Positions 12,873 through 26,188 of a stretch of 64,000 nt of DNA are shown here, piece after piece. A program made the translations under genes and the position numbers. Within the stretch, counting starts at the first letter, position 1. Each line of letters starts with the position of its first letter. Source of the DNA: Paraphysomonas bandaiensis (lineage: Eukaryota > Protista > Chrysophyceae); contig CBFFRP010000445.1 in the NCBI GenBank assembly GCA_965644295.1, positions 124,001-188,000 of the forward strand, in the 5' to 3' direction. Below the pieces are notes generated by a model, which was not told where the DNA came from, did no database searches, and was given only the letters and a program-made list of their open reading frames with translations.

Positions 12873-13945
12873 ATGAGTGCACCAATTAAGGATTGTTGGG
12901 TGGAAAACTTTTCCACCAAACACCAGAAACAGTATTGGTATAACACTTCAACGGGTGAGAGCACCTGGGTGCGTCCTGCGGCTGTCCAACCCAGCGGCCA
13001 GTCCGACACTAACCAGCCACAGTCTAAACGGATACGTCTAGAGAATGAAAACACTAATGCTACCGGTGTTGTCACGAGCTCCTATCAACCTCCAGTGTCG
13101 GGATCAGCACAGGATGCTGTACTGATAAGAGCCTGTGACCTCCCTCCGCCCCGCATTATTGCTGACCTGCCGCATACAACTCAAAGTATGTGGGATCGGG
13201 AAGATATCATGGTGAACGATTATCTTGCGGCCACTTATAAGTCGGGAAGCATTGTTGATGCCAAAGGAGTTACACAGAAGTTTAAAGACATTACGAACCC
13301 CATACAAGGGCGGCATCTTTACAACTTGATCACTGAAAACAAGTTCACTCGAACTTTAGAAGTTGGCTTAGCTATGGGTAAATATATTTTGTATACGTAT
13401 CTGTGTTTGTCTTATATCTATATTATATTCTTCCCTTTTTAGGTGCCAGTGCCGTCTGGATCACGCAGGCCCATCGCGATGTTGGCCGCGGCGGCGCCCA
13501 TTACGCCATCGATCCGAATCAAACAAAGCAATACGAAAACATGGGTGAGCTACTCGTCCGGCGATGCGGGCTCTCCGAGCATTTGACAGTTATTGAAAAG
13601 ACATCTTACCGTGCTCTTCCGCTCTTGCTGGAACAAGTTATAGCTGGAACAATTCCCAGATTTCACTTGATATACATTGACGGATGGCACACGTTTGACT
13701 ACACCCTCGTTGACTTCTTTTATGCTGATTTGCTGCTTGAAGTAAATGGGGTCATAGTACTTGATGACATCAAGCATAAACCCGTTAAGAAGTGTTTGCA
13801 ATATATTCGGACAAATTACCCTCACTATGACGTGGTGCCGCGTACTCCCTGTTATCGTCCGGATGACCCCTCTCGCAGCAGTCAGGCTACGTTCATAAAG
13901 AAAGGCAGTGACGAACGTGTCTGGAACCATCATGTTGAATTCTAG
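12873..13945 (+). CDS. WW domain + class I SAM methyltransferase (Methyltransf_24-like); 2 exons, intron 13378-13442
   Basis: WW motif WVENFSTKHQKQYWYNTSTGESTWVRP. Splicing restores motif I LEVGLAMGAS. Also YAIDP and IYIDGWHTFDYTLVDF...GVIVLDD. Confidence 0.9.
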
Positions 13946-14198
13946 TTGAATTATGGAACAATATCTACATAAGTAGGTCATAACATTCCATAAGACGAGT
14001 AGTACAGTAGTGGCCTAAAGTAATGAAGATTACTGGGACCCTGTATATCTTGTTTGTAGACTCCATCCGGAATTGGCATTTATAGGATGGTTTAACCTAA
14101 GTAACAGAACTGTAGTCACATTCAATAATCAGTTATTAAAGTTTTGATAAACATCTCTCATTATTCATTGTCTGTCGCTAAATCTATACCGTCTGTAC

Positions 14199-14800
14199 CA
14201 GGGCTAGGGAACAATATATTGCGATACTATTGGAAGATAGTAGGATAGATGATAGCGTCTCATCAATTATATTGAAGAAGTGTTTAAACCGACCCAACAA
14301 TCCTATTGCAATATGGTAGTATCGTTATTCAGTAAGTAATCACAGGCGTAGATTTTATAATTATTACTTCGTAGTATTCTAATCATTAAGATCATGCGAT
14401 AGCGATACCCACTACACTGCCAGACAAAAACTACCTACTGCTTAGCTAGTCACAACTTCCTTCCTATTCATTTTCTGAGCCATCATTGGTGATGTTATTA
14501 TCACCACATTCATTCATCCGGCCACTAGTGTCGATTAGCTTTCAGCAAAATAATCTTAATATTAAGTGTAGTAAGATGCATATTTTTGTGCAGCACTGAG
14601 ATAATAAGTCTAGCTGCGCTGAACAGGAGTTCACATGTATTGGAAGTACATTTCTCAAGTCGTCGAGTAGTAGGACGGTGGATCTGAATTCTGTCGAGCA
14701 GTAGGAATCGTGTCAGTAACTGCAGCCGGTGGCCTTTGATTCATGATACAGGATCTCCTCTACGCAACCACTTGAGCAGAATCTAAAAGAGAGGACCAAC
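14199..14800 (+). mobile_element. Degraded DNA-transposon remnant (CAGGG-type end), inverted homolog at ~42450-42700
   Basis: Terminus cagggctagggaacaatatatt recurs at 41920. 14595-14720 is the reverse-complement homolog of 42570-42690. Confidence 0.55.
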
Positions 14801-16289
14801 ATTAATCAGGTAAGTAGCGAGGAAGCATTCTTAATCTGCTAGGTCTACTTGTTGAATGAGAGGTCTACTGCCTTCAGCACATCTCTTTGATTGCTTCTCT
14901 CCTCTTTTCTACCTGCGAGTTCATTGAGAGCAAGGTTAAGTCGGACACTGAACACAGTTGTAAATATCTATCACACGTCTCTTTTCATCAGTACGATATA
15001 ATATGTAATAGGTATATATATTGTATATTATATTGAACTACAACCAACTCCTACGTGCGTACTTGAAGCTCCAATGAAAAACAGAATATACAGGACTACA
15101 ATATAGGAGTAACTATTAAAAGATTAAAAGTGCACAAAGAAACTGAAAAGCAATATAGTAGCTGTAAAAAAGATACAATTTGCAGAACAGAATTTAGGTG
15201 TTGGTGATCAATGTGTCTCCACAATCACAGTGCTACATCACAATTTCACTATATATCTCTTAACGTAGTTCAGTCAGTACTGTGCTATTTCCAGTATGAT
15301 TTAATATTTATATAATAGTAGTGTACAGTGTACATGTATATACAGAAAATAACATCTAGATAGGCTTTTTCTTCTTGTCCAGCTATTTATGTACATGGCC
15401 TAATACTTTGCACCCTACAGTTAAGGGAGCTTATCGTACTTGATTGCAATATATTGTGAGAAACTTTAACAGAAAACAATATAAGCAACACTGTTTTAAA
15501 CTACTGTATTCTTCAAGTAACGGTCATAATTCTAATACGTTACATACAGCTTTTAATCGCCTACTTACAAGCAAAACTCAACAGACGCTTACAGCATGAA
15601 GAATTGTAGTATCATAGTTATGCATTCCACAGTATTCAGCTGTAAGCATTAAATGCTGTTTTATAAGTATTTGAAAGGATATGGTGGCCCATGTAGTAGT
15701 TTAGTTTGGAAAAACTTACCGAAGTTTGATCCGTTTGTTGTGATCAATTCGACTAAGAAACTTAAGTTATGGCTCCTGCTCAAATGACGAAACCATCTAG
15801 GTTTGGATGACTGACAATTGAAATCATTAGACAACGCGATGCCGTAAACAAACACAAGGAGGAGCTCGACAAGTGGTCGAAAGACAATTGCATTAGTTCG
15901 ATCTTTGAGGCTGTTCTACACGTGTCTGAAGCTCTGCAACAGTTGATCAGTATTTCATAGAGGCGAATATTCTCCCCTATAATGATCCTGGAAAGGAGCC
16001 GTTAGCCAGTCACTTGATTCCTGTATTGGTTGAGTGCTATAGAGGTAAGTCTATCCACTGCTTGCGCATTATAGGGACAAGCTTCAGTTGCGGGATAAGA
16101 CAAGTCGTTCTTATCTAAAACTTTAGCCCGAGTATCATGATCTTGGCTGCCATGACTGTGGTTAAACTCAGCTACAAGCGATACTAGCCTATGCTACGAG
16201 TGGAGGTATGTGTATCTGTGTATATACCTGCTGTATGTCAAGTTAGTGGGTCTATAGATCGCTCATGCAAGAAGATATTCTTTGTTGTG

Positions 16290-16580
16290 TACTGCTGCTG
16301 TGTATATGTATATATATACAGTATGCTGTATATGTATATGTGTACCCCGTACTGATGTATATGTATATATATACAGTATGCTGTATATGTATATGTGTAC
16401 CCCGTACTGATGTATATGTATATATATACAGTATGCTGTATATGTATATGTGTACCTCGTACTGATGTATATGTATATATATACAGTATGCTGTATATGT
16501 ATATGTGTACCTCGTACTGATGTATATGTATATGTATATGTATGTGTATATGTGTACAGGCCTGTACTGATGTATATGTG
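16290..16580. repeat. 55-bp minisatellite, about 5 copies, immediately upstream of the gene at 16671
   Basis: Unit gtactgatgtatatgtatatatatacagtatgctgtatatgtatatgtgtacc(c/t)c starts at 16349, 16404, 16459 and 16514, plus degenerate flanking copies. Confidence 0.95.
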
Positions 16581-16670
16581 CGTACTGTTGTGCATACCAC
16601 CACTTCCAGTCTATCTGGAGTCTATCACACATATATATGCTGCCATAGATATACCCATGAGTTAGTAGCC

Positions 16671-18466
16671 ATGCACCCATATCTCTCTCTGATGCAACCA
16701 TTCCTCCTCCTCGTCTTCCTCCTGCTCTATGGTCCGGTCTCTGGCCGTGTGTTTGACCTTTATTTCGTTGTTCCAGGAGATGAATCAGTTGTTTGGATGG
16801 TTCCTGACATCACCAGCAGCAGCACTGAGCTGTGTCGATCTCATTTTCGTATAGCCCAATCAGAAGCACTCATTGAGAGATGCAAAGAGGGGTTGAGAAT
16901 ATCTCCAGAGGACACTAACTTCACATATAATGTGATGTACATATCTCTGGACACTCGCTGGCAGTTAGAGGCTCTTAATGTTGCCCGTTTAACGGCTACA
17001 TACTCCACAAACACCTCTATGCACATGACTATTGCATTCTATCCGCAGCATGATGTCAGTACTCGTGATGCCTTGCTGCATCATATTTGGGCGACATACC
17101 GAACGCTCATTCCCAGTCGTATGGATGAGTTAACGGAGCTACTGCTGCCGGAATTTAACGATAAGCTGCATGGAGGCTCAGCATTCATACATGAGGTGCA
17201 CACAGCTGCTAAGTCGGAATCAGATTTTGCATATTTCAAGTCTAAGAAAGACTTTGATGAGAAAACCGTCGAAAGCTTTGGTACGAAAATGAGGTGCAAC
17301 GTTTCTTGTATATAATTATGATTTACTCACGGCTGTATGTGTTGTACATCATTGAGATGATGAGTGTATTAGTCTAGACGCCCATTTGCTCTATAGTTCA
17401 CACACATCATGTAATGTGCCAAATGCAGGTTTATGGGTGGTCTTTTTTCACGTGTGGTATTTACCTTCACATCACAGTAAAATATTTGGTGAAGGACTTC
17501 AGTCCTTGTGCTCGTATCACGCGGAGATTGCCAGCTATCTACCGTTGTTTGCTGCCATCGATGGTTTGATAGGTCACCCCGAAACAACAGAAGTATCCCT
17601 GAGTGAGTGTGTGCACGTCGCTGTCGACGAAAGTAATCTCATCAGGAATTCATGGCGGACATCTGCTTTGAACTCTATACACATTACTCCAGTGCAAGTA
17701 AGATATGCATTAGAACTAGCGGCGTTACGATATCATTTTGGTGATTTATCTGGCCAGCGGCTTGTTGAAATAGGAGGTGGTTACGGTGGTATGGGTGTGA
17801 CTATCCAGACGTTGTATGACGTAGATAGTTACAGCATAGTCGACTTAAGCGCAACTTCTTTGTTGCAGCGAAAGTACACCAGATCTCTCACAACTAGATT
17901 AAAATCTATTAAAGAAAAAATAGAAAAAATATCATGCAGGAACAGATATATATTATTAGATGACAGTACGTCATATGAGTATTCATCCGGAGATGACAGC
18001 GGCACTGATGTTATATGTCATGCTCTGGGTTTGAGTACATTTTCTGTACGCGATAAGTTTATGGATGCAAAACTGAATTATTCGTTTAACTTTATCTCTC
18101 CAACTCATGATGTTCCCCTTGAAAGTGATATCCTATTCAGTTTCTTTGCCATATCAGAGCTGAAAAGATCAGTCGTGGATACTTACTTTGATTTGTATGT
18201 AAGACATGCTCAAAAAGGATACTTCCAATTGAATTTTGATAATGCATGTAAGTTGATGTTGTTTTTCATACCGCGTCCTAACGTTAATTAACTATACAGA
18301 TACGATGGAAGATATTGGTGGACATGACATCTATACTGTTATGCAAATGTTTGAAAAAGTATACTCATTGCATGCATCGGCAATTTTACTTCCTCCGCCA
18401 ATATATCATAGACACTATCGAATTGTTTGGGGATCAGCTGCACTACCAGTCCAAGACAAAATGTAA
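16671..18466 (+). CDS. Secreted/lumenal protein with a putative sugar O-methyltransferase-like SAM domain; 3 exons (introns 17281-17356 and 18248-18299)
   Basis: Signal-peptide-like MHPYLSLMQPFLLLVFLLLYGPVSG. Motifs DGLIGHP, LVEIGGGYGG, YSIVDL and SFFAISEL. Both splices keep frame to TAA at 18466. Confidence 0.78.
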
Positions 18467-19213
18467 TCAGAAATATTTTGTGTATTCATATTGTTATAAC
18501 GTCGCTGTATAAAGTGCATGTGTTGTACATTAATTTTGAACTAAATGTATTAACGAACTCGAATATATACGATGAATTAACTCGCCAATCTGCCCTCTGC
18601 ACCCCACATATAGTGACTTGATGGTTTAGAAATTAATGTTGAATACTATGAAGCTGATCGGAGTATTGCTATTCTACACATGTATGTTGCAATTATTGAT
18701 AAACACAACATAGCATATATAGTATATAGTTATCTGTCTCTGACTCGATATTTCTGTACTGCATAAAGTAATACTTTACTTGACGGCTTCACATCAAATA
18801 CACACCTTAATCATATTATTTGTGCCCTGAATACTGAATAGGCGCACTACATGTTTTAGTGTTAACCTATCTATGATCCATATAGCTTATAGCTGTATTA
18901 TTAGTGTTGCGTTTTGCATTATGATGCGATATAAATATTGAGTTAATATAGTGTGCAATAGATGTAACGGGTGATTATAGTTCCAAAGGAATTAAATTTA
19001 GTTACTGATGTGTGTCTATGTATATATAGGAATGAGCGGTGAACATATGATAAACCAGATGTTATATAAATATGTAGTGAAGTGTTTAAATAAATAAGTA
19101 TAATTTCTTAATTGAAGTGCATTGTGTTCAAAAAAGCAAAATTACGGTATAATTCAATAGGGAGAAGTCAACTTCAGTGAAATTTCCCATTAACATTTAA
19201 TTTAACTCTATTA

Positions 19214-19303
19214 CAGGGCCTGGAAACGTAACCATTAATGGTAATGTCTTTATAATCGCCGGGACCTATTTCATAATTTTCCATTGATGATGTCCAGGCC
19301 GTG
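19214..19303. mobile_element. 90-bp hAT-type mini-MITE
   Basis: TIRs cagggcctgga / tccaggccgtg (1 mismatch). Flanking 8-mers ctctatta / ctctacta (1 mismatch). Confidence 0.6.
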
Positions 19304-20516
19304 CTCTACTACATTGGGCTACTCGGCTTCACACACAAGTTTCATTCTTCGAGAGCAGTTATTAAAGTGAGTCTCTATTAGTATTTTATAGATATTTTAA
19401 TAATAAACGACGTAGAAAAGATATTTCGTGTTAACGTTGTGTCAACACTACTGATGAAATCTTACTATAATACAAACTACAAGAGTACAATATAAAAATA
19501 TTGCTCTTTATCCTTGCTATCTATACATACATATCCAATATTAGAATTAGTCATTCTACTGAAGTTATACAACAACGTATTTTCATCAAAGAATTATTAG
19601 TTATTATTATTCATCACATCATATAATATATCATATATATTAGTAGTTGAAATTTGTAAGAAACCTTAGATTAAACACTTGAAGTATAAAATTATAAATT
19701 ATAAGAGATATCATTCATCATTCATTGTCATTCACCAACTCGATTTATCTCTACTACGCCAACCATTTCAGGTACAATCTTACATCGTCACTATCTTGTA
19801 CAGTCAATATAATTCAGTTTCAGTACTACAATATAGCTATCTTATTATTGACCTTCTCATAACACAGTTAGCTACTACTGTGTATTTTTTAAGTAACGGT
19901 TATAATTCAAGCAGCAAAACTCAACATATAGACATCAATAACTGAACTTCTTTGTATATGATTTCACCCTTTTCACTACTACGGATTAGTTTCAAGTTTC
20001 AACTATTGCACATTGCACACTGTTAACTCACTTCAAATGAACATCATAATATGAAGATCCAATAAAATATTATAGCAACTAGAAAAATTAATTCTTTGGA
20101 ACAACATTGACCCTTTTCCTTCACATTGCCCTTATTAACTATCTATGAGTACTATACTAGTATATACATAGCTCTAGCAGTCTAGCAGGTACCGGAAATA
20201 ATAATACTTACTAAGGAAAACTACGGACAAAGAATCCTTGACAAGGTTGTAAAGAACGAACGCCACTCACGAAGTAATAATATCATTGAATTACGAATAG
20301 CTGAACGCATCGAATTCTCAACACAACATCTCATTACCGGCTATACAGTGCACACTACTTTGTTCCTGGTATCATTATGTTATATAATCAACTACTTGAC
20401 AACCAAATATATATTATTGATAGCAACATAACTGGTAGGGCTTAACGAGTGTAAACACATCTACCAGTAGGTACCGAACGTGAGGAATAACCGTCACGTC
20501 CACAAAAACGAATGGT

Positions 20517-21670
20517 TTAGACATGTGATGAGTGGCCAGTATCGTCACCAAACGGTCTGCCCGCTTGGGGTTGATGAGAGTGCATTGAAGTCGGTACCAT
20601 CCCATTGGGGGGATCAAGTCGCAGAGTTTGCAGGGTGTCATCATGCTGCTGCTGCTGCTGGTGATGAATGGGACCCTGCATGACGAAACACAAAGGTTAC
20701 AGATGAATGACTCACGTAGACAAAGCGAACCGAAGTGTGATGATGTCTGGGTGCCGTTTGATCCGCCCCCTGTAGATCCTGCAGACATATTAAGCGGTAT
20801 ACACCAGTACATTACCAGTAATAAAAACAATGACATCCCACTGTTCATGAGCGATAAAACATTGCAGCCACTCCAATACGAGGAAACAAACACAGTCGCA
20901 AATATTGCAGGAACGTACGTTCTTATTAGTATGTGTATAATATTGGGGCACTTGCTGAACCCTCTGATCGGGTGCCTCATGCTGCTGCTGCTGATGATGG
21001 TGGTGGTGTAAATTCATCTGCTGTTGTTGCTGCCAAAAAATATATATTTAACACAAATGCTTTCGTCGGCGGTGTCAATGATAAACCAACCTGCTGGTGC
21101 TGTTGTGCTGTCATATTCGCCAGCATTTGATCACCATCTATAGCTATGCCAATCCTTTCCAATTCCGCGTCATCTAATCCACCTAGTTCCTAAACATAAC
21201 TTATATTACCCAGCTAGTAATTCGCCGCTGCAGTTGACCTCATTGTCACCAGATAAACTCCGTTTGCCTAGTATCTCCTTTCGCTTGGGTCCAGCTAATT
21301 TCTTTAAACCAATTTTCTTAAACACCTTCTGAGCGTGTGTTCTGATTTGAACCAAAGAGCGGGTCTTTATAAGAGGTTGCATCTTTTTCCAGTCCTTTCC
21401 GTACAGCATAATACCCTCTAAGAATAGACGGTGCTCGTCGGGGGTCCACCGACTGCATGAGACACTCATCAGACACTCTCTTATCATAACAGATATACAC
21501 AGGCAGGCAGGCAGAGATATATACCCGGTGGTCTCCTCTCCGTTCATATCTATCTTCGGGCCTCCGCTTGTCTTCTTCTTCTTTCTCATCGGGTTACTTA
21601 ACACACCGTCTCCAAACACCTCCACAAAGGAGGGAAGAGGAAGCTCTTCTGCGGCGTATTCTAATGTCAT
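20517..21670 (-). CDS. SHAQKYF-class single-repeat MYB transcription factor with a Gln/His-rich tail, about 6 exons
   Basis: GRWTPDEHRLFLEGIMLYGKDWKKMQPLIKTRSLVQIRTHAQKVF. Downstream exons splice in frame through QQQQMNLHHHHHQQQQ to TAA at 20517. Confidence 0.9.
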
Positions 21671-22115
21671 GTATGTGTGTTTGTTACAGTCACTGATATA
21701 GCTACACTGTGTACTGTGCTCTCTCTAGTGTGGCCTGGATAGGTAAACACACCTACGACATATACAGAGTTGTAGTGGGCACTTGCCTCGATAGTCCGCA
21801 CTGTATATACGGAGACACTTCTCTTCAAAAATAAAATGGAGCTATTCAATCGATGTCGGTTGATGATGCGTTCTGTAGGACAACATGACCGCATCTTGAA
21901 ATGCCAATTTCAGTTCGAACAATTATGGAACATGAAAGTATCTTGAATAGACATAGATGTATTTTCAGTTTAGTATTATGTATATAAGTACATATGTACA
22001 GATGTATATCTGTTTAGGTACCAGTGGAGTAGATGTCGGCAGGTACCACTGCAGATGTACTTTAAGCAGCGCAACTGGTAGTTAGATACCTCACCTCCAC
22101 CTCAATTTCTTGCAC

Positions 22116-22442
22116 ATGTCTGATAAGGATGCCGAGTTGATTCCTAAAGAGCCGGAGCCAGAGCACGGCTGCTGTGCAAGAGTTCTGTTTTTCCCATTAT
22201 CTCTCGCAGCGGTTATTCCAGCGGCAGCTTTCCTCATAGTGGAGGCGGTGTCTGCTCCCATACAGTGCGCTGCACTGCTGATATGCAAGTTCACTGTTTG
22301 TAACTGCTGCTGTCCGGACTCTATCCACCACACCTTTCGTAATATAATATGCTCTCCGTGCAGGTGGATGCGCATATCTTGCACTGGGAAGGGTCACATA
22401 GTTTGCTGGAAGCATCCGGCATGGCCGTTTAGAAAAGAATAG
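22116..22442 (+). CDS. Small cysteine-rich membrane protein (108 aa), function unknown
   Basis: MSDKDAELIPKEPEPEHGCC, a long hydrophobic segment, then CNCCCP...CSPC. Divergent from the MYB gene. Confidence 0.65.
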   Translation: MSDKDAELIPKEPEPEHGCCARVLFFPLSLAAVIPAAAFLIVEAVSAPIQCAALLICKFTVCNCCCPDSIHHTFRNIICSPCRWMRISCTGKGHIVCWKHPAWPFRKE

Positions 22443-24919
22443 TACTACTTTAGCATTCACTGTATCAGTATGAATGTAGCTGAGAAAAGCATGATGAATA
22501 TATTGTTGTGGGAGCTAATTGTCGATATGTCTATCGAATTTCTCTCCATAAAACAATATTTAGAAGGAGTAATGTGAGATTAATAGTGAAAATATTAATA
22601 CTATTTCCCTCATTATGTAACTTTTTTCTCTCAACAATACTAAACCCTTTCCTGAATGCTACTTTATTTAATCAATGTGCTATATAACTTTAAAATAGTT
22701 GTTTCGAAATTGATAATGACAGCTATATCACAATAATTTTTATTATGGTTGATAACATGAAGTAGTCTCCATGAAAATGAGTATTTCCACTCCGACAAAG
22801 TTCAAAATAGATTTCCTAGATGCATCTGGTACTTACATTGTTACTTCACAATATTCGTGTGTGCTTAGAATATTAGAAGTACTCTGAATGATTATGACCG
22901 TGGCTTTGAGACCGATGAGTGTACTTCAGAATATGGGGACTCATACAGTGATGTAACAAATTTTAAGTTTATTGGTGCAGTAGACTTTCTATTAACTGTG
23001 TACTTTATTCATCATACTAGACTATAGTAATTAGTAATGATGGTAATACGTAATATATTGCAATAATGGTATAGTATATACTATATAGTGCATAGTGTAC
23101 ATGTGTGATACACTTCTATTTATCTATTTATAAAAACAATCTATCATCATCACAATATTATAATATAATATAGCAAATCCTAGTACTGGTTACAGCTACA
23201 GTTACGATATACACCAACACCATCATTTCGTGATGTTCTCGGGAATAAGTACCGGGGATATTTCTCTGCGAAACTAACGTGAACCGCATATATAGTAAGA
23301 AGAAATTCTAATATTATTTACTATTTTACATCATCCCGCGCTTAAAATTTTGAACCGAGGGACGACACTCTTTATTCCTAGGTTAATTTGTAGTTTATTC
23401 TAATGATATTTAAATTGTATAGTAAGTGTTTGTAACTTTCTTGCTGCATGATGAAATAGAGGTGTTCCCTGATTAATATGAAGAAAGCAAATAAAAAATA
23501 AATTTTCTGTTTTGAATTAATGTTACCTACATACATACATACATACATATAATAAAAGGGAATGGCAGTTGTACAAGATTAATTCAAAAAACACTAAATC
23601 CCAAAATTTCAATCATTGCTACAACAAGTGTACCCTTACCACAGGAGGGTGCTCTGACGGAATATAGCAACTGCGAGGTATTAAAATTCGTATGTATAAG
23701 TGTGATGATGAGTGTAAAATTTGTAGCTGCGCGAGGCTTCATGTTGTCGTTTGTAGGCGTCATCATCACTTTTTTATATACATATATGCACCTTGGGGCT
23801 TGCGGTGACGCGCAGGCAGGGTATCAGAGTTAAGCACTAAGAAGTTAAATTGTTTTTTACTACATTACTACTACTTAATTTCCGATGTCCCAGTATAAAC
23901 CGATTGATTCACTTTCCACACATTCACAACGCAATCAAACAACCACTCAAACAAATTGACAATAATGTAAAATGTTTACACCGGTTTTTACTTCATCCGA
24001 ATATTGAAGAACTTCTATAATTGACCGGTGCTAATTTGAGTGTCTTGTTGAACAAAATTCAGATAAAAACACTTTTTCCGACAAAATATATATATATGGG
24101 TGTAACACTACTATAATATATATATAGAACCTATAAATATCTTAAGCCGTCATTATCTTACAGAGACACAGTGGTTCACCTTTTATCAATATATTTCATA
24201 CTATTCTTTCACTAAATTCACGGTGTCGTTTTCAAACCTACTACATTTTCCAATTGTTCCTACTGAACTAAATAATATGGCAGTTGAGTCGTAGTGAAGT
24301 TTTTAGTAGAATAGCTAAAAATTAACTTTTAGTGGTAGGAATGTCTGCAAAATTTAGTAGGGACACATATTATATATTCCGAACAACTAATAGGGGTGTC
24401 CAACAGCCAGCGGATACACAAAATTTTGCGTGTTGAGGTTAAAGTGTATACTAATCCTCTTACTGTCACATAATTAAGATTAATATATAAAGTGACTGCG
24501 CACATACACCGATACCTCTTATCTCATATATATGACCATATTGCAAATTGCATATGATTCGTCAGATGAAGTATTGCTCGTTTTTCAAACTAATTTTATT
24601 TCTTAATAAACCATTTGACACAAGAGTAAAACAGAAAAGAATGTGAAGATATCGAACAGAAGAAATTTCCGATGTCCTATTGTATTTCAAATAATTGTAC
24701 TTTCTACAGTAGTAACTAGTAAGACATTAAATATACGTCTACTTTATTTATGCTTTAGTTGTTTTTCATGCTTTATGTCTATGAGGCAGGCATTGACACC
24801 GGAACTTATCAAGAACATGGGGACTTACATGATAATTATTGTGCATATTTATACCGTTTTCCAACCATCATCAAAAATTTCACCAGGTTTTATACATTTC
24901 GCCAGGTTTTGGTATTACC

Positions 24920-25546
24920 TCGACTTACTGGAAACGATGGGAGTGGCGGTAGAGTCGGTATATCCCCCCAACGAAACAGTCTTTTGGTAGTCCACTTCAT
25001 ACTGGACCTGTGCAGACGTGCAGACATGCTGCAATACCCTCAACAAAGTCGGACTCGCACCTTTTCGTGGTGTTCTGGGGGATAAGTACCGGGGAGATTC
25101 TCTCTGGGAAACTAACGTGAGCCGCAAACATAGTCAACAAATAATGTTCTGCCCACTCATAGCCGAATGCTTGTGTGGTACAAGGGACACCAATAAGTAG
25201 TGTCACTTGTGTAGACGTCTTTGGGCCCTGACGAATAAACAGGCATCCGGGAATGGGCCCACCTCAAGGGCATCCAGGACAGGGCCCACCTGAAGGGTAA
25301 CCGGAGTATTGGGCTGCCTGCTGAAGTCAAGCATCCGGGATGTTCACCTTAAGAACTCAGAGCGGAAGTGGTCGCACCTTGGTGCTTGCGGCGACGCACA
25401 AGCAGCTTCCGTAGCGTTAAATAGTAGGATAAAAAAGTGTGTACTGATTAGTTACAGGTAGAGCTCTAACTAGTTTGTCTAGCATTCATCTAGCTACTAA
25501 GTTGGTGAATGCTTTTAACGCCTATTGCTAATATTAAGACTTTCAA
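24920..25546 (+). mobile_element. Copy of a dispersed non-LTR retroposon-like family (5' boundary approximate)
   Basis: The 3' module gcaccttggtgcttgcggcgacgcacaagc...ttaacgcctattgctaatattaagactttcaa is shared with copies at 23788, 35040, 47075, 48105(-), 48584(-), 49500, 55827 and 56500. The body is shared with 23226, 48290-48445(-) and 56370-56499(-). Confidence 0.7.
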
Positions 25547-26188
25547 TAAACATGCTGCAATATAGATTCTCGAAAGCGACTATTATACTGATTATATTGA
25601 TATTAATAAAAGACCCCTCCCAGTCCATCAGGCTATAAAACAAGATCAGCGATGTGTTAGATGAGTTTTGCTAGCTAACATATTCAACATTTCGTAGGAA
25701 CGTCAGATAAAATAGTAGTCTTCAACAGCTATAATTCTAAATCCTTGAACTACAGCAACGCACACGTAATTTCTACATCCTGATGTAAACTCAAATTTTT
25801 TACTCTGACACCTCCAATTTGCAAATGATAAAGTTCTCTATTCCTTGGTGTTAGATATATATATGCCATGTACTAAGCTGGGAATTTTGGGATTATAACT
25901 AAAGCAAGCTAAAAATGACTTTATAACTGGACGATAAAACAATTTGAATAAGATAGAAGGAATTATTACATTTAGTATTAAATTCGTTCTATCAGACGGC
26001 CCCTGTAAATTAATTTAGTGACAGTTTGTGTCGTAGTGACTTCAGCGTAATAATACCAGCTATAAGAAAAATAAGCACGTCACGTTGTAGATCGCAGTGA
26101 CTCAAAATAAAACTAACATATACACTAACGCAAGTACTGGTAAAACTTGATACCATAAAATAATATCATAATAATACCAATAAATGAT

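Noticed and set aside
15660-16200. Possible transposase relic
   Set aside because: Higher-complexity sequence but no recognisable motif in any frame.
16290-16580. CRISPR-like array, and the overlapping Tyr/Ile/His-rich ORFs
   Set aside because: Contiguous tandem units with no unique spacers, no cas genes, and a eukaryotic context. The ORFs are repeat artefacts.
20414-20980. 188-aa minus-strand ORF as a separate gene
   Set aside because: It crosses introns of the MYB gene in another frame. The spliced model explains the region.
24990-25546. Fanzor/TnpB C-terminus plus omegaRNA (C..C..RDTN-like peptide; ends TTCAA/TTCAC)
   Set aside because: No RuvC-I/II motifs are visible, the RD is not kept in the 48152 copy, and the 11-bp TSD with triplet tails fits retrotransposition better. 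An HMM search of full-length copies would settle it.
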